The notes beneath the pieces were generated by a model, which saw nothing but the letters and a program-made list of their open reading frames with translations, was not told the origin of the DNA and did not search any database. Positions 24,232-37,097 of a stretch of 64,000 nucleotides of DNA are shown one piece after another (the first letter of the stretch is position 1; every line of letters starts with the position of its first letter). Position numbers and translations under genes: made by a program. The DNA is from Antedon mediterranea (Eukaryota > Animalia > Echinodermata): the NCBI RefSeq assembly GCF_964355755.1, contig NC_092670.1, positions 13,936,795 through 14,000,794 on the forward strand, in the 5' to 3' direction.

Positions 24232-24267
<36 letters not shown>

Positions 24268-24395
24268 GTTATTGTTAACCATACCTTGATGTTAAGGTGA
24301 ATGTTAATAAAATTTTGAAATTTTTTTATACGGCGTGCAGCGACGCTATAACAAATGTTTTATTGAATTCAACAAAGAAATATTATAATTATACT

Positions 24396-25033
24396 TATTA
24401 GGTGATCATTTAGAATAAAATGATCACCTATTGTTATTGTATGAAATCTTTATTATTATTTTTTTTTTCTTTTTATTGTTTCTGTACACTATTTTGTGTA
24501 ACAATTATCTCAAAAAGTTTAATGTCAATGATTACCAAAATTTCAGAATATCTTTCAAATAATATAACTTATTCCTAATGAGCTTTCCAGCGTGATCACT
24601 CATCCGTGACGTCATTTATACGCCATTTTGTGAAATCACATTATCAATCATATCTCCATAATTCATTATGACATATTAATGAAATTCACTACAGGTAAAC
24701 TTCAGGTCAAGGGTAAAAATATTAGCAAATAAAAAGTTGCGCGTTTCAAGGTCATGCACGTGAAATCGCGCGTTAAAAATTTAAAACTCTAAAACTCTAG
24801 TTTTGTTAGTTGATGTTGTTCTACAAGTACCTGCGCCCTCTATTGAATCCGTTCTATACTTAATTCACTAGCGTTATCACAGTAGATTTTTTACTCCAAC
24901 ACTTGTTCAATTATAGAAATATATAATAAAAAGTAAAATAACTTTTAATAAATATTGATGGTTGTGAGCTCAGTAGTGTAGGCCTAAGTCACAAAAGTGC
25001 CCGATGCAATCAAGGTAATCTAAATTGTCTTGT
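24396..25033 (+). mobile_element. Probable Helentron-associated (HINE-like) non-autonomous element
   Basis: The 5' end has a hairpin TAGGTGATCATTT...AAATGATCACCTA followed by a (TTA)n/T-rich tract. The 3' boundary is uncertain. Confidence 0.4.
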
Positions 25034-25134
25034 TAGGCCTATAACTTGAAATGTGCAATGCACTACAGGCTATTTAATGAAGAGTAGGCCTACCAACCCT
25101 CAATTCAGGTGCTTGGTTCTGAGTGTTAGGCCTA

Positions 25135-25503
25135 AAAAATTATTGGTCTGGAACTGCCTTCCATTACCGATGTGCACCTAGAACACCTCCAGAAAGATTT
25201 TGAACGCATTGAGTCGGATGCCTCTCATCCTCTCCACAATGTGATCATAGACCAACTTAATCCAAGTGGTAGATTGAGGCTCCTCAGTGTGAAAACAAAT
25301 CGATATGCCAAATCCTTTATTCCCTCCGGTATCATCCAGTACAACAGAAAGTCAAGAAGATAATTTTATCTTGTATTTTTTGATGTTTTTATATGAATGG
25401 TGTTATGCCATATTTGTTTTTATTGTGTTTTCTTGTTATTATGACGAGCAATGAATTTCCTTTTTGAGGATCAATAAAAGTTATCTTATCTTATCTTATC
25501 TTA
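25135..25503 (+). mobile_element. 5'-truncated LINE 3' end (Rex1/Babar- or L2-group)
   Basis: ORF2 C-terminal motif HPLH...PSGRLR...KTNRY..SFIP, then AATAAA and a (TTATC)n tail. Confidence 0.75.
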
Positions 25504-25817
25504 CATAATCAATAATAACAAAGGGCACAAAGAAGGAAAAGATATGCTGTTTATAATGTGTGATTAGTAACGTCACAATATATTCATTATTTAAATCACT
25601 AACACCTGATATCTTGCAATGAACCAAAATTGTTTTAGGCTTAAAAAAAGAATAACATTAATTTAAAAAGATACCGTAGACACATTATAACATAAAAATA
25701 TCACATGATATGAAATGAGAATAATAAGGACGATGCCACAACATGTTGCATATAATAGTCTTAATTTTAGAAAGCAGGACCGTCGCGGGGAAGCACCTAT
25801 TTCCCGCCACATGTAAT

Positions 25818-26765
25818 ATTATTATTATTACTGCCTTTCCGCTGAAAAGTCTGCCGACATTTCCGCTTGGGCTGCTCCGTAAATCTCTTTTACTAGTTTC
25901 TTCCAGTCTGATCTTTCATTGGCTAGTTCTTTAAAGCTCAGGTACAAGCATGAATTTTAAATATAATATTTGGTTAATTGTACATAAATAAAATATTTGT
26001 AACAGAAATCAACACGAAAAAACATGAATTTCCCTTAATATGGCCAAATACAAAATTTTGCAAAATTCTTCCATAAAAACCAGGAAGACCTTTTTTCAGT
26101 AGTTAGGTAGTTAACCTAATGTAATAACATGTCTTGTGACTCCCTAGAAGGTGAAAAAAGATGGTGGATATGCGGTGGATAATTTTTGCTATAGCATGAA
26201 AATAAAAAGTTGAAGTTGAATAAAAATTCCAGAAATGTAATATTCAAGTTATATTACCTATACTTAGTCATCTGATAACATTTTTTACCACACTGTTTAT
26301 TTTTCGTAGCTTTTTAAAATGCCCCTCTATTTACAAAATTTGTGTACAAAAGAATAGAGATTTTACTGTGTAATTTGAACTATTTTCAACAAGCTCGTGT
26401 AACACAAATAAATCCCAAAAATTATGAAACATAGGGGAAACTATAGATCGATAATTATTGGAATGTATGATCAATAGAAATTTTTTGCCCGCACCTGGCC
26501 TTTAAGTTGTTTCATGTCTTTCTTGGTTTTCAATTGTCCGGGATACTTAATGTCTGTATTATGCTTATAAAGGGTGAGTAGGTCGTTGTTGAGAGTTATT
26601 GGTAGGACGGTTCTCGGTCTTCCTCGAAATTTTATATTGGTAGTGTTGCTGAAATAATAGCTTATTGCTGTGTTGGCTGGTGTACATGGGTCTTGTCTAA
26701 GTATGTGACCAAATAGTCTCCATCTTACATGTAATATTATGTGGCGTAAAGACGTAATAACAATA
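25818..26765 (-). mobile_element. 5'-truncated RTE-clade LINE 3' end, interrupted by a TTAA element
   Basis: RWRLFGHILR...RGRPR. After removing 25935-26501 and one TTAA the frame continues MKQLKELANERSDWKKLVKEIY...RQ* into a (TAA)n tail. Confidence 0.8.
25935..26501. mobile_element. 567-bp TTAA-TSD non-autonomous DNA transposon (Kolobok-like)
   Basis: TTAA at 25931-34 and 26502-05; imperfect TIR AGCTCAGGTAC versus AGGCCAGGTGC. Removing it restores the RTE reading frame. Confidence 0.75.
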
Positions 26766-29700
26766 TCCCAAATAATTGGATAACCATGAGTGACCAATTA
26801 AATCAAAGAGGTAATTAAGAAACACTAATTAAGTAACTGAATGTTGAGCATGAAGAGTAATATCAATATATATATATTTTTAATATTAGGCCTAATATAT
26901 TTATGGTCTATATGCTATTAACATCTCTTGCAATGTTACATTTAATTTAAGTCCACAGTAGCACCCATTATTTTAACGCGAATTCAATTATAATCACTAT
27001 TTGTTGGCAGATGTATAAAAAAACAGGTCAAAAAATACTTTTTATCACTATATGCTGATTAACAACACCTTTGTTTTATTTAAGTTCTATATACTTGTTC
27101 TTATGTAAAAGGGTCCTACAAAAAAAACGAAGCTAGCTTTTTTATGCAGGATCTCTGTTTTCAGTTGTACTGTAATTATGATGTATTGTAATTGATGACT
27201 AAATAAATGGGGAATAAATGAAAAAAATGAAAGATGTTTACTAAAGAAATTGCATAAAACGCACAATTTGAATTCATCCGAATAATATTAATTATGATAT
27301 TAGCATATTTGATATCATTTGATGTAACTAAACCCCGCCGCCGGACGTAAATTAGTATAGGCTCCATTAATGATATTGTATCATTTTCAAGCGGGACCGG
27401 TCTACTAAGAATATTCAAATTGTGAACGCGAAGGGGTAAAAATCTACACCATTTAAACAATTTTTTTAAGTGGTTTTGTGTTATTCATTACACAAGCATT
27501 TTTATTTACGCGATCACAAATGATTACATTAAAAATAAACAACTTGTTTAAACCAGGAAGGAGCTACTCTTTAAATTACACATTTAATCAGGCTCTGTTG
27601 GTATGTTGTGTATTTTCAATGGCACTCCACTTACTTCAAACAACCCTTTTATCTGTTAAGCTATTAAAGCTTTTTAGTGAGCACGTTTGATATTTAACTC
27701 AATTAGTACGAACCCACATCGTAAAATCATAAGGCGTCTATACAGACAGCGACCCTTATCTCGTATGCATGCTATCTACTCTTACGCGATTCTTCTTAGA
27801 CGTTAAATAGCTAATCCACTTTTACTACGAGTGACATTTCACAATGTAAATCACCTATCGTGTATTGACTCAGCCTTTTACGGCGTTTGAAATGTATACA
27901 GAGAGACGTAATCAAATCGTATCATTACGTGGACGTTTTATAAAACCGCCTGTTATCGTCTGACATTCAAGAAATAATAGTCATCACTTGTAAAAAAAAG
28001 CGAAAAGGTAATAACTATGAAGGTTAACTTCATTCATAAAACTTGAAATTAGGCCCAATGGTCCAAGTGGCACCGTGGAATAATAGCAAGCACTGAGCAT
28101 GCGTGATGCTGATTAGAACGGCTGCTTGTCATTTTCATGGAAGAACACGGACTGAGATTCAAGCTGGTTACTATCCGTTCTTTAGGTCTATCAGACTAGA
28201 GTGGAGTCCGTAAACTGAAAAGGTAACAGTGGGATCAAATTAGAGACGGCACAATCGGCATTTGTTGAAGAATAATATGAAAATGTCTTGACAAATATCA
28301 GGTAAGTTCTTTTCCATACATTTTCTGCGCAGTCTAACTAATTTATACACTACAGTGCAGTACACTGCAGTAATAAATCAAATGCCATCCAGTGACCAAT
28401 TTATTTTACTCAACAACTAATAGTAATTAACGGATAACTATACCATAAAGCTCGCGTCTTCAAAACGCAGTCATAAAGGCTTTCAAACGGCACGGATTGA
28501 ACTGGCATCCATATAAACGTGTACCGCTATTTGCAGTAGTGTATAAAGCATCTTGATTGATGATACACGTTGTAAAGAAACGGGTACCGCTGTAAATGTA
28601 GTAGGGCAATATACATGTGTACAAATTAAATGTTATGCAATGGTTTTGAATAGTTATATATAGCAATACGTATAGGCCTAGTGGTATATACTATGGGCAT
28701 TCCAATCCGGAGCTATCACATACACCTTTGGTAGCCTCTACGATATTCGTTTCAGTGTTTCAAAAAAAATACTCGATGATGCAGATTACATTTACCAAAA
28801 TGTCATAATATTACGTCGAGTTGCAACTTTAATTACGATCTTCATCATATATTAATTGTTTCTGGAGCCGATACTACGTCATTAAGTGATAGGCAAGGCA
28901 TCAAGTTAGTACTAATTATACCCTACCCGACAGTTGTACATTAAAACAGTATTTGATAGGGAAAATCTAAAGGCAAATTAATTAACGAAAATGTTTTTGG
29001 CAATCATAGCTGGAATTTAATTGAGGAGGGAAAAAACGTAAGCAAGCAAATATAAAGTAACCAAAACAAAAAGCTAAGTTTTCGTAGGAAAAGACACAAA
29101 TGACCAACTGTTATAAGTAACAGATAAAGACGAAAAGCCAAGCTCTTTCGGGGAAAATACAAAATGTAAGCAAAATGTAAAAGATAAAAAAACAAACAAT
29201 TTATCGCTGGAACATTGAGAACATAACAAAAGGAAGAGTATAATATTAATAAGCCATAGATCACAATAACACCGTACCATTCAGAGTGAAAGGTAACGCT
29301 TTCGTAAAAACATAGACAAGCAAATAAAAAAAGTAACAACCATGAGAGAAAAGTCTCAAAGATCTCAGTAAGTCTATCTTTTTAATCCATCGTCAGTTTT
29401 TGGTAAAATGATACTGAGCATCATGCCTCAGGGGTGGTGGCATTTATACATTATTCGTATGTTCTCTTTAAGATCCGGTAACGGAATATTCAGAGCACGT
29501 TCTTTGTAAGCTGCTCTATACTTAACATCAGGAGTCGACAATTTATGTATATCCTTCATTTGATAAGAACTCGAAGACCATTTTGACCACTATGAACATT
29601 ACATTGGATTAGACTTCGTTTTCAGTAAATTCAAACAACTGAAATGTCTAAAACTAAAATGTTATTATAAAATGAATATATCTCGCTAAACAGATAACTA

Positions 29701-30792
29701 TAGTTGCTATTGTCAGATTGTTAAATAAGAAACTTTATATAGGCCTATTGAAGCGGCATATAGGACTCGCTCTCTAATCTGCACAAAAAAACAACTAGAG
29801 AACAAAATTGTACACTTTGATTGTTCTAATTGTTTGGCTATATCCAAATATATGTCATCCAATAGTGTTTAGCGCATGCGCACACACTTTTTTAACACAA
29901 AATAAAATATCAAAAATTCACGAAAACTTGCTTGTGCCATTGTAGAATACTACAGGAAAATAATGGGTATTATATATAATTTAGCAGTTCTTTGGTAAAG
30001 GTTAGAAGTGAGAATCATTCTCTTATCGTGTATGACACGCTCACACTGCATCTTTAATACTGAATGTGAATATCATATTACTAAACAACATTAAGCGAGA
30101 AGACGTATTCAATGCAACACTTGCATTATTTATACGTGAAACTTCAGTATCACCTACGTCTCATATAATATTTGATATTTTGTCGACATGTGGCAGGATT
30201 TAGTCAATTATATTTAGAGAAAATATCATGATTATTTGAAATTGAATCCTACATGTAGCTTAAGAAATATTGAGAAAATCATTAAAAAAATTGTATTCAA
30301 TGCGAAGTTATAAAGATTCATAATTATGCAGATATGCGAATTGATGGAATTATTGAGAAACTTTCTGAATGTATTCATTACAATTCTAACAATAGACGAG
30401 ACACAACAATTTGAACAACTATTTTTTATTTTATTCAATTAATTTTATTTTAACCATAATAACACATGAGTGAGAAAGAAAATTGGAGGTCTGGGTATGC
30501 ATTAACAGAGTGTAATATTGAACACTAACACTCATTAATTCAATTCCTTTATAAAAACTCATTTAACTCGGTTTGTTCTTTTCAAATGTTGACAGTAATA
30601 TAATATGTCGAAAGTTTGTACAATTTTCCTCAATATCACCATTGAATAAAATGTAAGTAATTTACACAGAAAGAGTGAGATATCCTTTTTACGCCGCGAC
30701 CGGGGCCCCGACTGAGTATCGGTCATTTGTGCGCTCATATACGTGACTCTCTCTAAGCGTAACCTTTCGTAAGCGGTCACCGCCGACCCATA

Positions 30793-31062
30793 AAGTTTGG
30801 TTCCCACTAGAGACGCAACGTAGACGCGAGTTGACCAATGAAAAGGGACAGTTTAAATATTTTATTGCTTGTGATTGTTCAAATCACTTAAAGTTGTGTT
30901 ACGTCCTTTTGTTGCGTCTCTAGTGAGAATCAAGCTTCAAGCTTGGTTACCAACTAGGTGCAACGGGCACCGCGACCACAAAGCGATTCAAATGATCTAT
31001 CGCGCAGTGACTATTCCGGTGCACTATACGTAATTTTGTTGCGTCCAAGTGGAACACGCTTT
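30793..31062. mobile_element. Two adjacent MITE family A copies
   Basis: AAGTTTGGTTCCCACTAG...CTAGTGAGAATCAAGCTT is followed by a more diverged copy starting AAGCTTGGTTACCAACTAG. Confidence 0.65.
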
Positions 31063-31412
31063 TTTCCTGACACGATGGTATTCAAAATTAAATATTCTAC
31101 TCATAATGTTGGCATTATGACGATATTTCATCTCTTTTACTGATCCCCTTGTCAATGTCACCTGTAGGCCTATGATTGCGTCGTGTGACTCGGTGGTCCC
31201 TTACCAATTTAAACTAAAATTACAATATTCCCTTGCCTCGTTCTAAATGTGAAATAGTATAATAGCTCACTGCGCCTAATATATTGTATAAATATGTTCG
31301 AAGTTAATAATTTATCACCTTATTCTTTTCACCAAGTTGACGTTTCCATTGTATGTATTTTAATGATTACTTGGCAAAACATACTACAGTGAACTGCTTC
31401 CGAGGTCTTATT

Positions 31413-31564
31413 AAACTTTGTACCCACTGGAACGCAACACAATGACGTAGGTGCGCAATTGACCAATCACCAGTGACAGTTGGGTCATCTATCGTGTCGT
31501 GATTGGTCAAAATACTTGCGATGCGCTAACGTATGTGCACTGCGCCCAAATTAGAACAAAGCCT
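31413..31564. mobile_element. Diverged MITE family A copy
   Basis: CCCACTGGAACGCAAC...TTGACCAATCAC...GTGATTGGTCAA. Confidence 0.55.
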
Positions 31565-32650
31565 AACTTTGTGTATTTTTTTTTTCCATTTTTTTTTTTT
31601 TTGGCCGCTCAGTTTCAAAAAAATAAAAAAATATAATGACGATAGCCAATTATTTTAATTTGCAGTACCTAATGTCCTAAACAGTAATAATGCTACCGAA
31701 GAAAAATAATCGGATCTTCTGATGTTTACTTGTTTTAATATGTTAATTAATACATTGAGTACGTAATGGAGGTTTTAATATCACTGTGATTAATTTGATT
31801 TATAATTTAAAAATTGACAGTCACGAAAAACAATAGGCTTCTTCAAATAGTGGCCGTCCACCACTCGTAAGTTGTCCGGAAATACACGCGTGCTCTGATG
31901 GGCCTCGAAACAGATCCATACGCCAGACTGACGACGACGTATACTGTAGTTATAATGTCAGTTCGTACAACCTGTTTAAATATTTGAAATAATTTAATTG
32001 ACATTTTTTAAGGCCCAGAATATGCAGAGAACACCTTCGTATCGTGTCAATACAAGGAATGAGTATAACAAACATGACTTTCTATATTGATTTTAGGCTG
32101 AGCTGCAGACAGACGGCACATGAATACCAAATCCACACGTAGAAGCAATGATCATTGACATAAACATATAGCACGTTGGTAATGTTCTGACCTGTGATAT
32201 AAGTTTTATTGACGCAAATCACGTGATATCAATCAACCACATCGCAATATTCTAGCAGATTATAACGAAGGATGTAAATGAGGTATTTCAGATTAATAAA
32301 ATATTTTTGACATAGGCCGACCACGGCAGTTTTAAGCCTACTGTTTACCACACCGGAACGATTCGTCGGTGGCGTCGAGATACGGCTAACCAAACGTGAT
32401 TAAATGACGTCTTCCTCGGACGTCACCCTACGGCAATTTTTTAACTGCTAGTGATGTTGCAAAGTTGTGATTGTTTTTAACAAACCTGGCGGTAAAAAGT
32501 GTGTATAACGGCCATTGCCATAGAGTTATTGATTGCTGACTAACGGTACAATTAGATTGAATATAATAGCATGCAATTAACTATCTGGACGCTAGATTAA
32601 TCGCCGATTAGGAGCAGTTTACCATCTAGCTCTTGGAGATATATTTTACC

Positions 32651-33004
32651 ATGGATGCATTTCGATTAAGGATAAATATACTTGTTTATATATCGTTTTT
32701 ACTGATACTCTTGGGCGTCTATCGGGCAAATGCTGTACCATATAGACGGGATGTACTCCCAGCTACAGACAGTATACGAACCGGTACGGATAACAATTAT
32801 ACAGTTATTTTTAATTATTTATCAACAGAAGATTCTATTGATGTCAATACAACTGTTGCTTATGTAACTACTAATAATGGTAATGGTAATAATACATCTA
32901 GTTCTATGTACGTTATTATAATCATGACAGTTCTTGTAATATCTGCTCTTGTGATGCTTGCTGGGTATTTATGCCATAAAGGAGAAGCTTATCGACAATG
33001 GTGA
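32651..33004 (+). CDS. Small type I membrane glycoprotein of unknown family, 117 aa
   Basis: Kozak ACCATGG and a signal peptide ending ANA. The Thr/Asn-rich ectodomain has sequons NYT, NTT and NNT/NTS, followed by TM segment YVIIIMTVLVISALVMLAGYL and short tail CHKGEAYRQW. Confidence 0.65.
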   Translation: MDAFRLRINILVYISFLLILLGVYRANAVPYRRDVLPATDSIRTGTDNNYTVIFNYLSTEDSIDVNTTVAYVTTNNGNGNNTSSSMYVIIIMTVLVISALVMLAGYLCHKGEAYRQW

Positions 33005-34060
33005 TATTTCTGCCATAAAGGAGAAGCTTATCGCCAATGGTAATATTTCTGCCATAAAGGAGAAGCTTATTGCCAATGGTGATGTTTCTGCCATAAAGGA
33101 GAAGCTTATCGCCAATGGTGATATTTCTGCCATAAAGGAGAAGCTTATCGACAATGGTGATATTTCTGCCATAAAGAAGAAGCTTATCGCCAATGGTAAT
33201 ACTTCTGCCATAAAGGAGAAGCTTATCGCCAATGGTGATATTTCTGCCATAAAGGAGAAGCTTATCGCCAATGATGATATTTCTGCCATAAAAGAGAACT
33301 TATCGCCAATGGTGCTATTTCTGCCATAAAGAAGAAGCTTATCGCAAATGGTGATATTTCTGCCATAAAGGAAAAGCTTATCGCCAATGGTGATATTTCT
33401 GCCATAAAGAAGAAGCTTATCGCCAATGGTAATACTTCTGCCATAAAAGAGAAGCTTATCGCCAATGGTGATATTTCTGCCATAAAGGAGAAGCTTATCG
33501 CCAATGATGATATTTCTGCCATAAAGGAGAACTTATCGCCAATGGTGCTATTTCTGCCATAAAGAAGAAGCTTATCGCAAATGGTGATATTTCTGCCATA
33601 AAGGAAAAGCTTATCGCCAATGGTGATATTTCTGCCATAAAGAAGAAGCTTATCGCCAATGGTAATACTTCTGCCGTAAAGGAGAAGCTTATCTCAAATG
33701 GTGATATTTCTGCCATAAAGAAGAAGCTTATCGCCAATGATGATATTTCTGCCATAAAGGAGAAGCGTATCGCCAATGGTGATATTTCTGCCATAAAGAG
33801 GAAGCTAATCGCCAATGATAATATTTCTGCCATAAAGAAGAAGCTTATCGCCAATGGTGATATTTCTGCCATAAAGAAGAAGCTTATCGCCAATGGTGAT
33901 ATTTCTGCCATAAAGGAGAAGCTTATCGCCAATGGTGATATTTCTGCCATAAAGGAGAAGCTTATCGCCAATGGTGATATTTCTGCCATAAGGAGGAAGC
34001 TAATCGCCAATGATGATATTTCTGCCATAAAGGAGAAGCTTATCGACAATGGTGATATTT
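32966..34060. repeat. 39-bp minisatellite, about 28 copies, starting inside the CDS 3' end
   Basis: Unit TATTTCTGCCATAAAGGAGAAGCTTATCGCCAATGGTGA; internal 233-bp higher-order duplication around 33290-33700. Confidence 0.97.
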
Positions 34061-34597
34061 ATTTATACATGTACTCTACACGGTCTATTTCCCATCGCTG
34101 CTGATGATATCCATATCACACGGAACTTAACCGCTTGAATCTGAGATAATGTTGTAATAAATGAAAAGAATAATTAAGCCGGAACTGCACGACACATCTG
34201 GATTCCAATTAATCATTTCAGAACGAGAGTATAATGGAGACCAAAGCCGAGTCGTTAATGTTAACATTACAATATGCATAATAGATATCTATTTCTCGAT
34301 GTGTTCATACCGACCTTAAGAACTCGCCACCCGTTGCTTATCTTGTCATATCAGTAAAACGAGAGAATGCGGAGGCGAATAAAAAGTAGGCAACAGACGA
34401 AGATGTATTGGTGATGACATGTAGGGCATACAACGATGTACAAAATAGACAGTGACAGATTGCATTTAAGCTGTAAGAACATAAGCATATTGGCAATATT
34501 TGTTTATCGTGAAAATGTATTTTTGCTATGACGAATTAAATGGGATGTCTGATGATACTTTCTTATTATACACGGTGAAGTTCTTTTGATTGAAGCT

Positions 34598-34770
34598 GTT
34601 TTCACTCCTAAAGAGTGAGTTTTCACTCTTAAAGAGTGAGTTTTCACTCTTGTAAAGTGATCAAAATTGCATTCGCTCTTTTCTAAGGTTATACTCTTTT
34701 TTAAGAATAACACTTAAGCACACTCCTAAAAAGAGTGAAAATTCACTCTAAACGATTTGATTTTTACTCT
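34598..34770. repeat. Short 21-bp repeats (TTTTCACTCTTAAAGAGTGAG), probable DNA-transposon subterminal remnant
   Basis: Repeated palindromic CACTC..GAGTG motifs. Confidence 0.45.
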
Positions 34771-35092
34771 CTTCTGTTAGTTCAAAGTATGGGGATGTAA
34801 TGCTATGAAACGAACACATTAAACACACAGGAATGGTTGCGGTGGTGGTATAGGCCTATTTGACTTTATTTATTTATTTATATTATTTTGTGTACCGGTT
34901 ATTCTGCTGGTTTGTTAGCTTATTTGTTTTTTTGAATAAATTATGATCTGATCTGTATCCATGTGGTATAATTTATGTTTTAATCAGCACATTTTTACAT
35001 CAACGTCATCAGCGAATTACCTGTACCGTATCTTTACATAGTATAACTTGTCCAGTACTCATGTATTAGACCTACATTGGCGACGGTGTGTA

Positions 35093-35273
35093 AAGCTTGA
35101 TTCCCACTAGAACGTAACGCAAGGACGTAAACGCAACGCAAGCGTTTTAACCAATGACAAGCGAAGATATAGACAGTTAGCAATCACAAGCGAATAAGCC
35201 ATCGCTTGTGATTGGTCAATTCACTTGCGTTGCGTTACGTCCTTGCGTTGCGTCGCTAGTGGGAACCATGCTT
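35093..35273. mobile_element. MITE family A, well-preserved copy
   Basis: AAGCTTGATTCCCACTAG...CTAGTGGGAACCATGCTT with TA/TWA flanks and a long internal palindrome. Confidence 0.8.
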
Positions 35274-36399
35274 TAATGTCAGATTAGGCGTATGGCCTCA
35301 TACAGGGGTAACATGTGATGTGCATCTAATAGTGAATGTGCCTAACTGGACAAATTAAACGTTTTATTGACGATTATTTCGTATCATAGACAACTCAATA
35401 AAGTCCACAGTGCTTCCTAAACAAGATTACATCAATTAATCAAACACTCGTCCATATACAAACGAATGTGAATGCCTTCTTTTAATGACTAGAACTAACA
35501 TTAAGTTCAACTGATGACGACAACTGTAAAAAGAACATTTCGTGCACCAGCCTCCACGATGACTCGCGTTTGGTCTGTTGAATAAAAAAACGATGTTCTT
35601 TGTTAATGTTCCTCAATAATTCGCCCTAAAAATGTGAGAATATTTTAACTTTATGCCGTAGAATGTTGATCGTATAAGAACACCCACACCAGCAGTGTGA
35701 AACTAGTCTATTATGCTCTAACCCTTCTTCCTAGGCCTACTGTTAAAAATTCAAACTGAAATGTTTATAATTTGGTCCGCACCTAAAATTCATCTATAGC
35801 AGATTTCTGTTGTATACTTTGGCAATAAGAATCAATGGAGCAGTAATGAGTTGACCGGCACACATTGCATTGTCTTAGTTTTATTATACTGTATTTCTTT
35901 TTTTATGACAGTAATTCCTTTGCTTGATATCACGAATATGCATGGCACGCCATGTGTGCCAAAAAAGTGTTGGGAATCTCCCACTTTATTGTAATGTAAT
36001 CTCCTTTTCATCCATAAAATGTGTTTTTTTATCTCAATTTTTATTAATTTTGTTTATTTATATTTTTTTGTAAATTAAAACATACAGGAAAGGGTGGTAC
36101 AACTGGTTTTTAATGTAGGCCTACCTATAACACCTTTACTACAAAGGAGATGCTAAACTACAACCAATGATACTTTTTAAACCAAAGCATTATGTGTAAA
36201 TGTATTTTTAAATGTTTTACAAATTTATCGTGTACTTCTAAATATACGTACATTGTTACATTGTCACTCTATTTAACATAAATATTTTTAAAAGGGATAT
36301 ATAATGTCCACGCACGTATTTCGTTGCGTTGGCGTAAATCAAATATTAATACACTGTTCCATTGAGATGTCAAGAACTTACGTTGAATATACTAAATGA

Positions 36400-36950
36400 C
36401 AGCATTCGATTGTAATAAAGTAAAATAATATACTATAAAATTGAATGTATGTCGTATATGATGCCTGTCCAACTAAAAGAATCTCTTTGAATAGACTAAT
36501 AAATAGTAGGCTTACACATTCGATTGTAATACATTGTTTTCTAATAATAATGACTCTTAAGTATGCCTATGTTTATAAAATGATTCCTGTCCAATTAAGT
36601 GATTTCTTAGAATAGACTAAAGGTTTACACATTCGATTGAAATAAACATTTGTTCCAAATATGACTATTAAAGTATGCCTATGTTTGTTTAAAAAATGAT
36701 TTTTGTCCAATTAAAGGGATTTATTAGAATGGACTAATACATAGTAGGCTTACAAATTCGATTGTAATACATGGTTTTCTAAATTTGTCTTATGTTTAAA
36801 AAAAATATTCCTTCCGAAATATATTTCACAATATCATTTTACGCAAACGAGTTATGAACACATTCGATTGAATTAAACTGTTCAAAGTAGTGTCATTGAA
36901 TGCATGCCTATATTTCAGTCAAAAATGATTTCGGTCGAATGAAAAGGATT
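36400..36950. repeat. Degenerate ~115-bp tandem repeat, about 5 copies
   Basis: ATTCGATTG recurs near 36404, 36518, 36631, 36756 and 36862, mostly followed by TGTCCAA motifs. Confidence 0.7.
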
Positions 36951-36963
36951 ACTTGAGTTCTTA

Positions 36964-37097
36964 AAGATTGTCTTCACTATCAAACTTGATGTGACAAAAA
37001 CATGTGATGTACATGATGATGATGTCATATCACTACCATATTTGGGCACATCACACTTTTTTTTGTCGAACTAGTTTTATAGTGTAGACAGAGCTTA
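36964..37097. mobile_element. MITE family B (GTCTACACTATCAAAC termini); related copies at ~40248-40330 and 55730-55866
   Basis: GTCTTCACTATCAAAC...TTTATAGTGTAGACAGAGCT; shares the TGTGACAAAAA and TTTGGGCACATCA core with the other copies. Confidence 0.6.

Noticed and set aside
29004-29339. Hydrophobic 111-aa minus-strand ORF
   Set aside because: Its hydrophobicity reflects a T-rich low-complexity strand; it has a non-ATG start and no motif.
31893-31915. Second hammerhead-like motif CTGATGGG...CGAAAC
   Set aside because: The core is mismatched and there is no convincing stem II, stem I or cleavage triplet.
32958-34049. Repeat ORFs on both strands (AIKEKLIANGDIS; MAEISPLAISFSF) as stand-alone genes
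   Set aside because: By-products of the 39-bp unit, with no unique flanking coding sequence and frame breaks at the 38-bp units.
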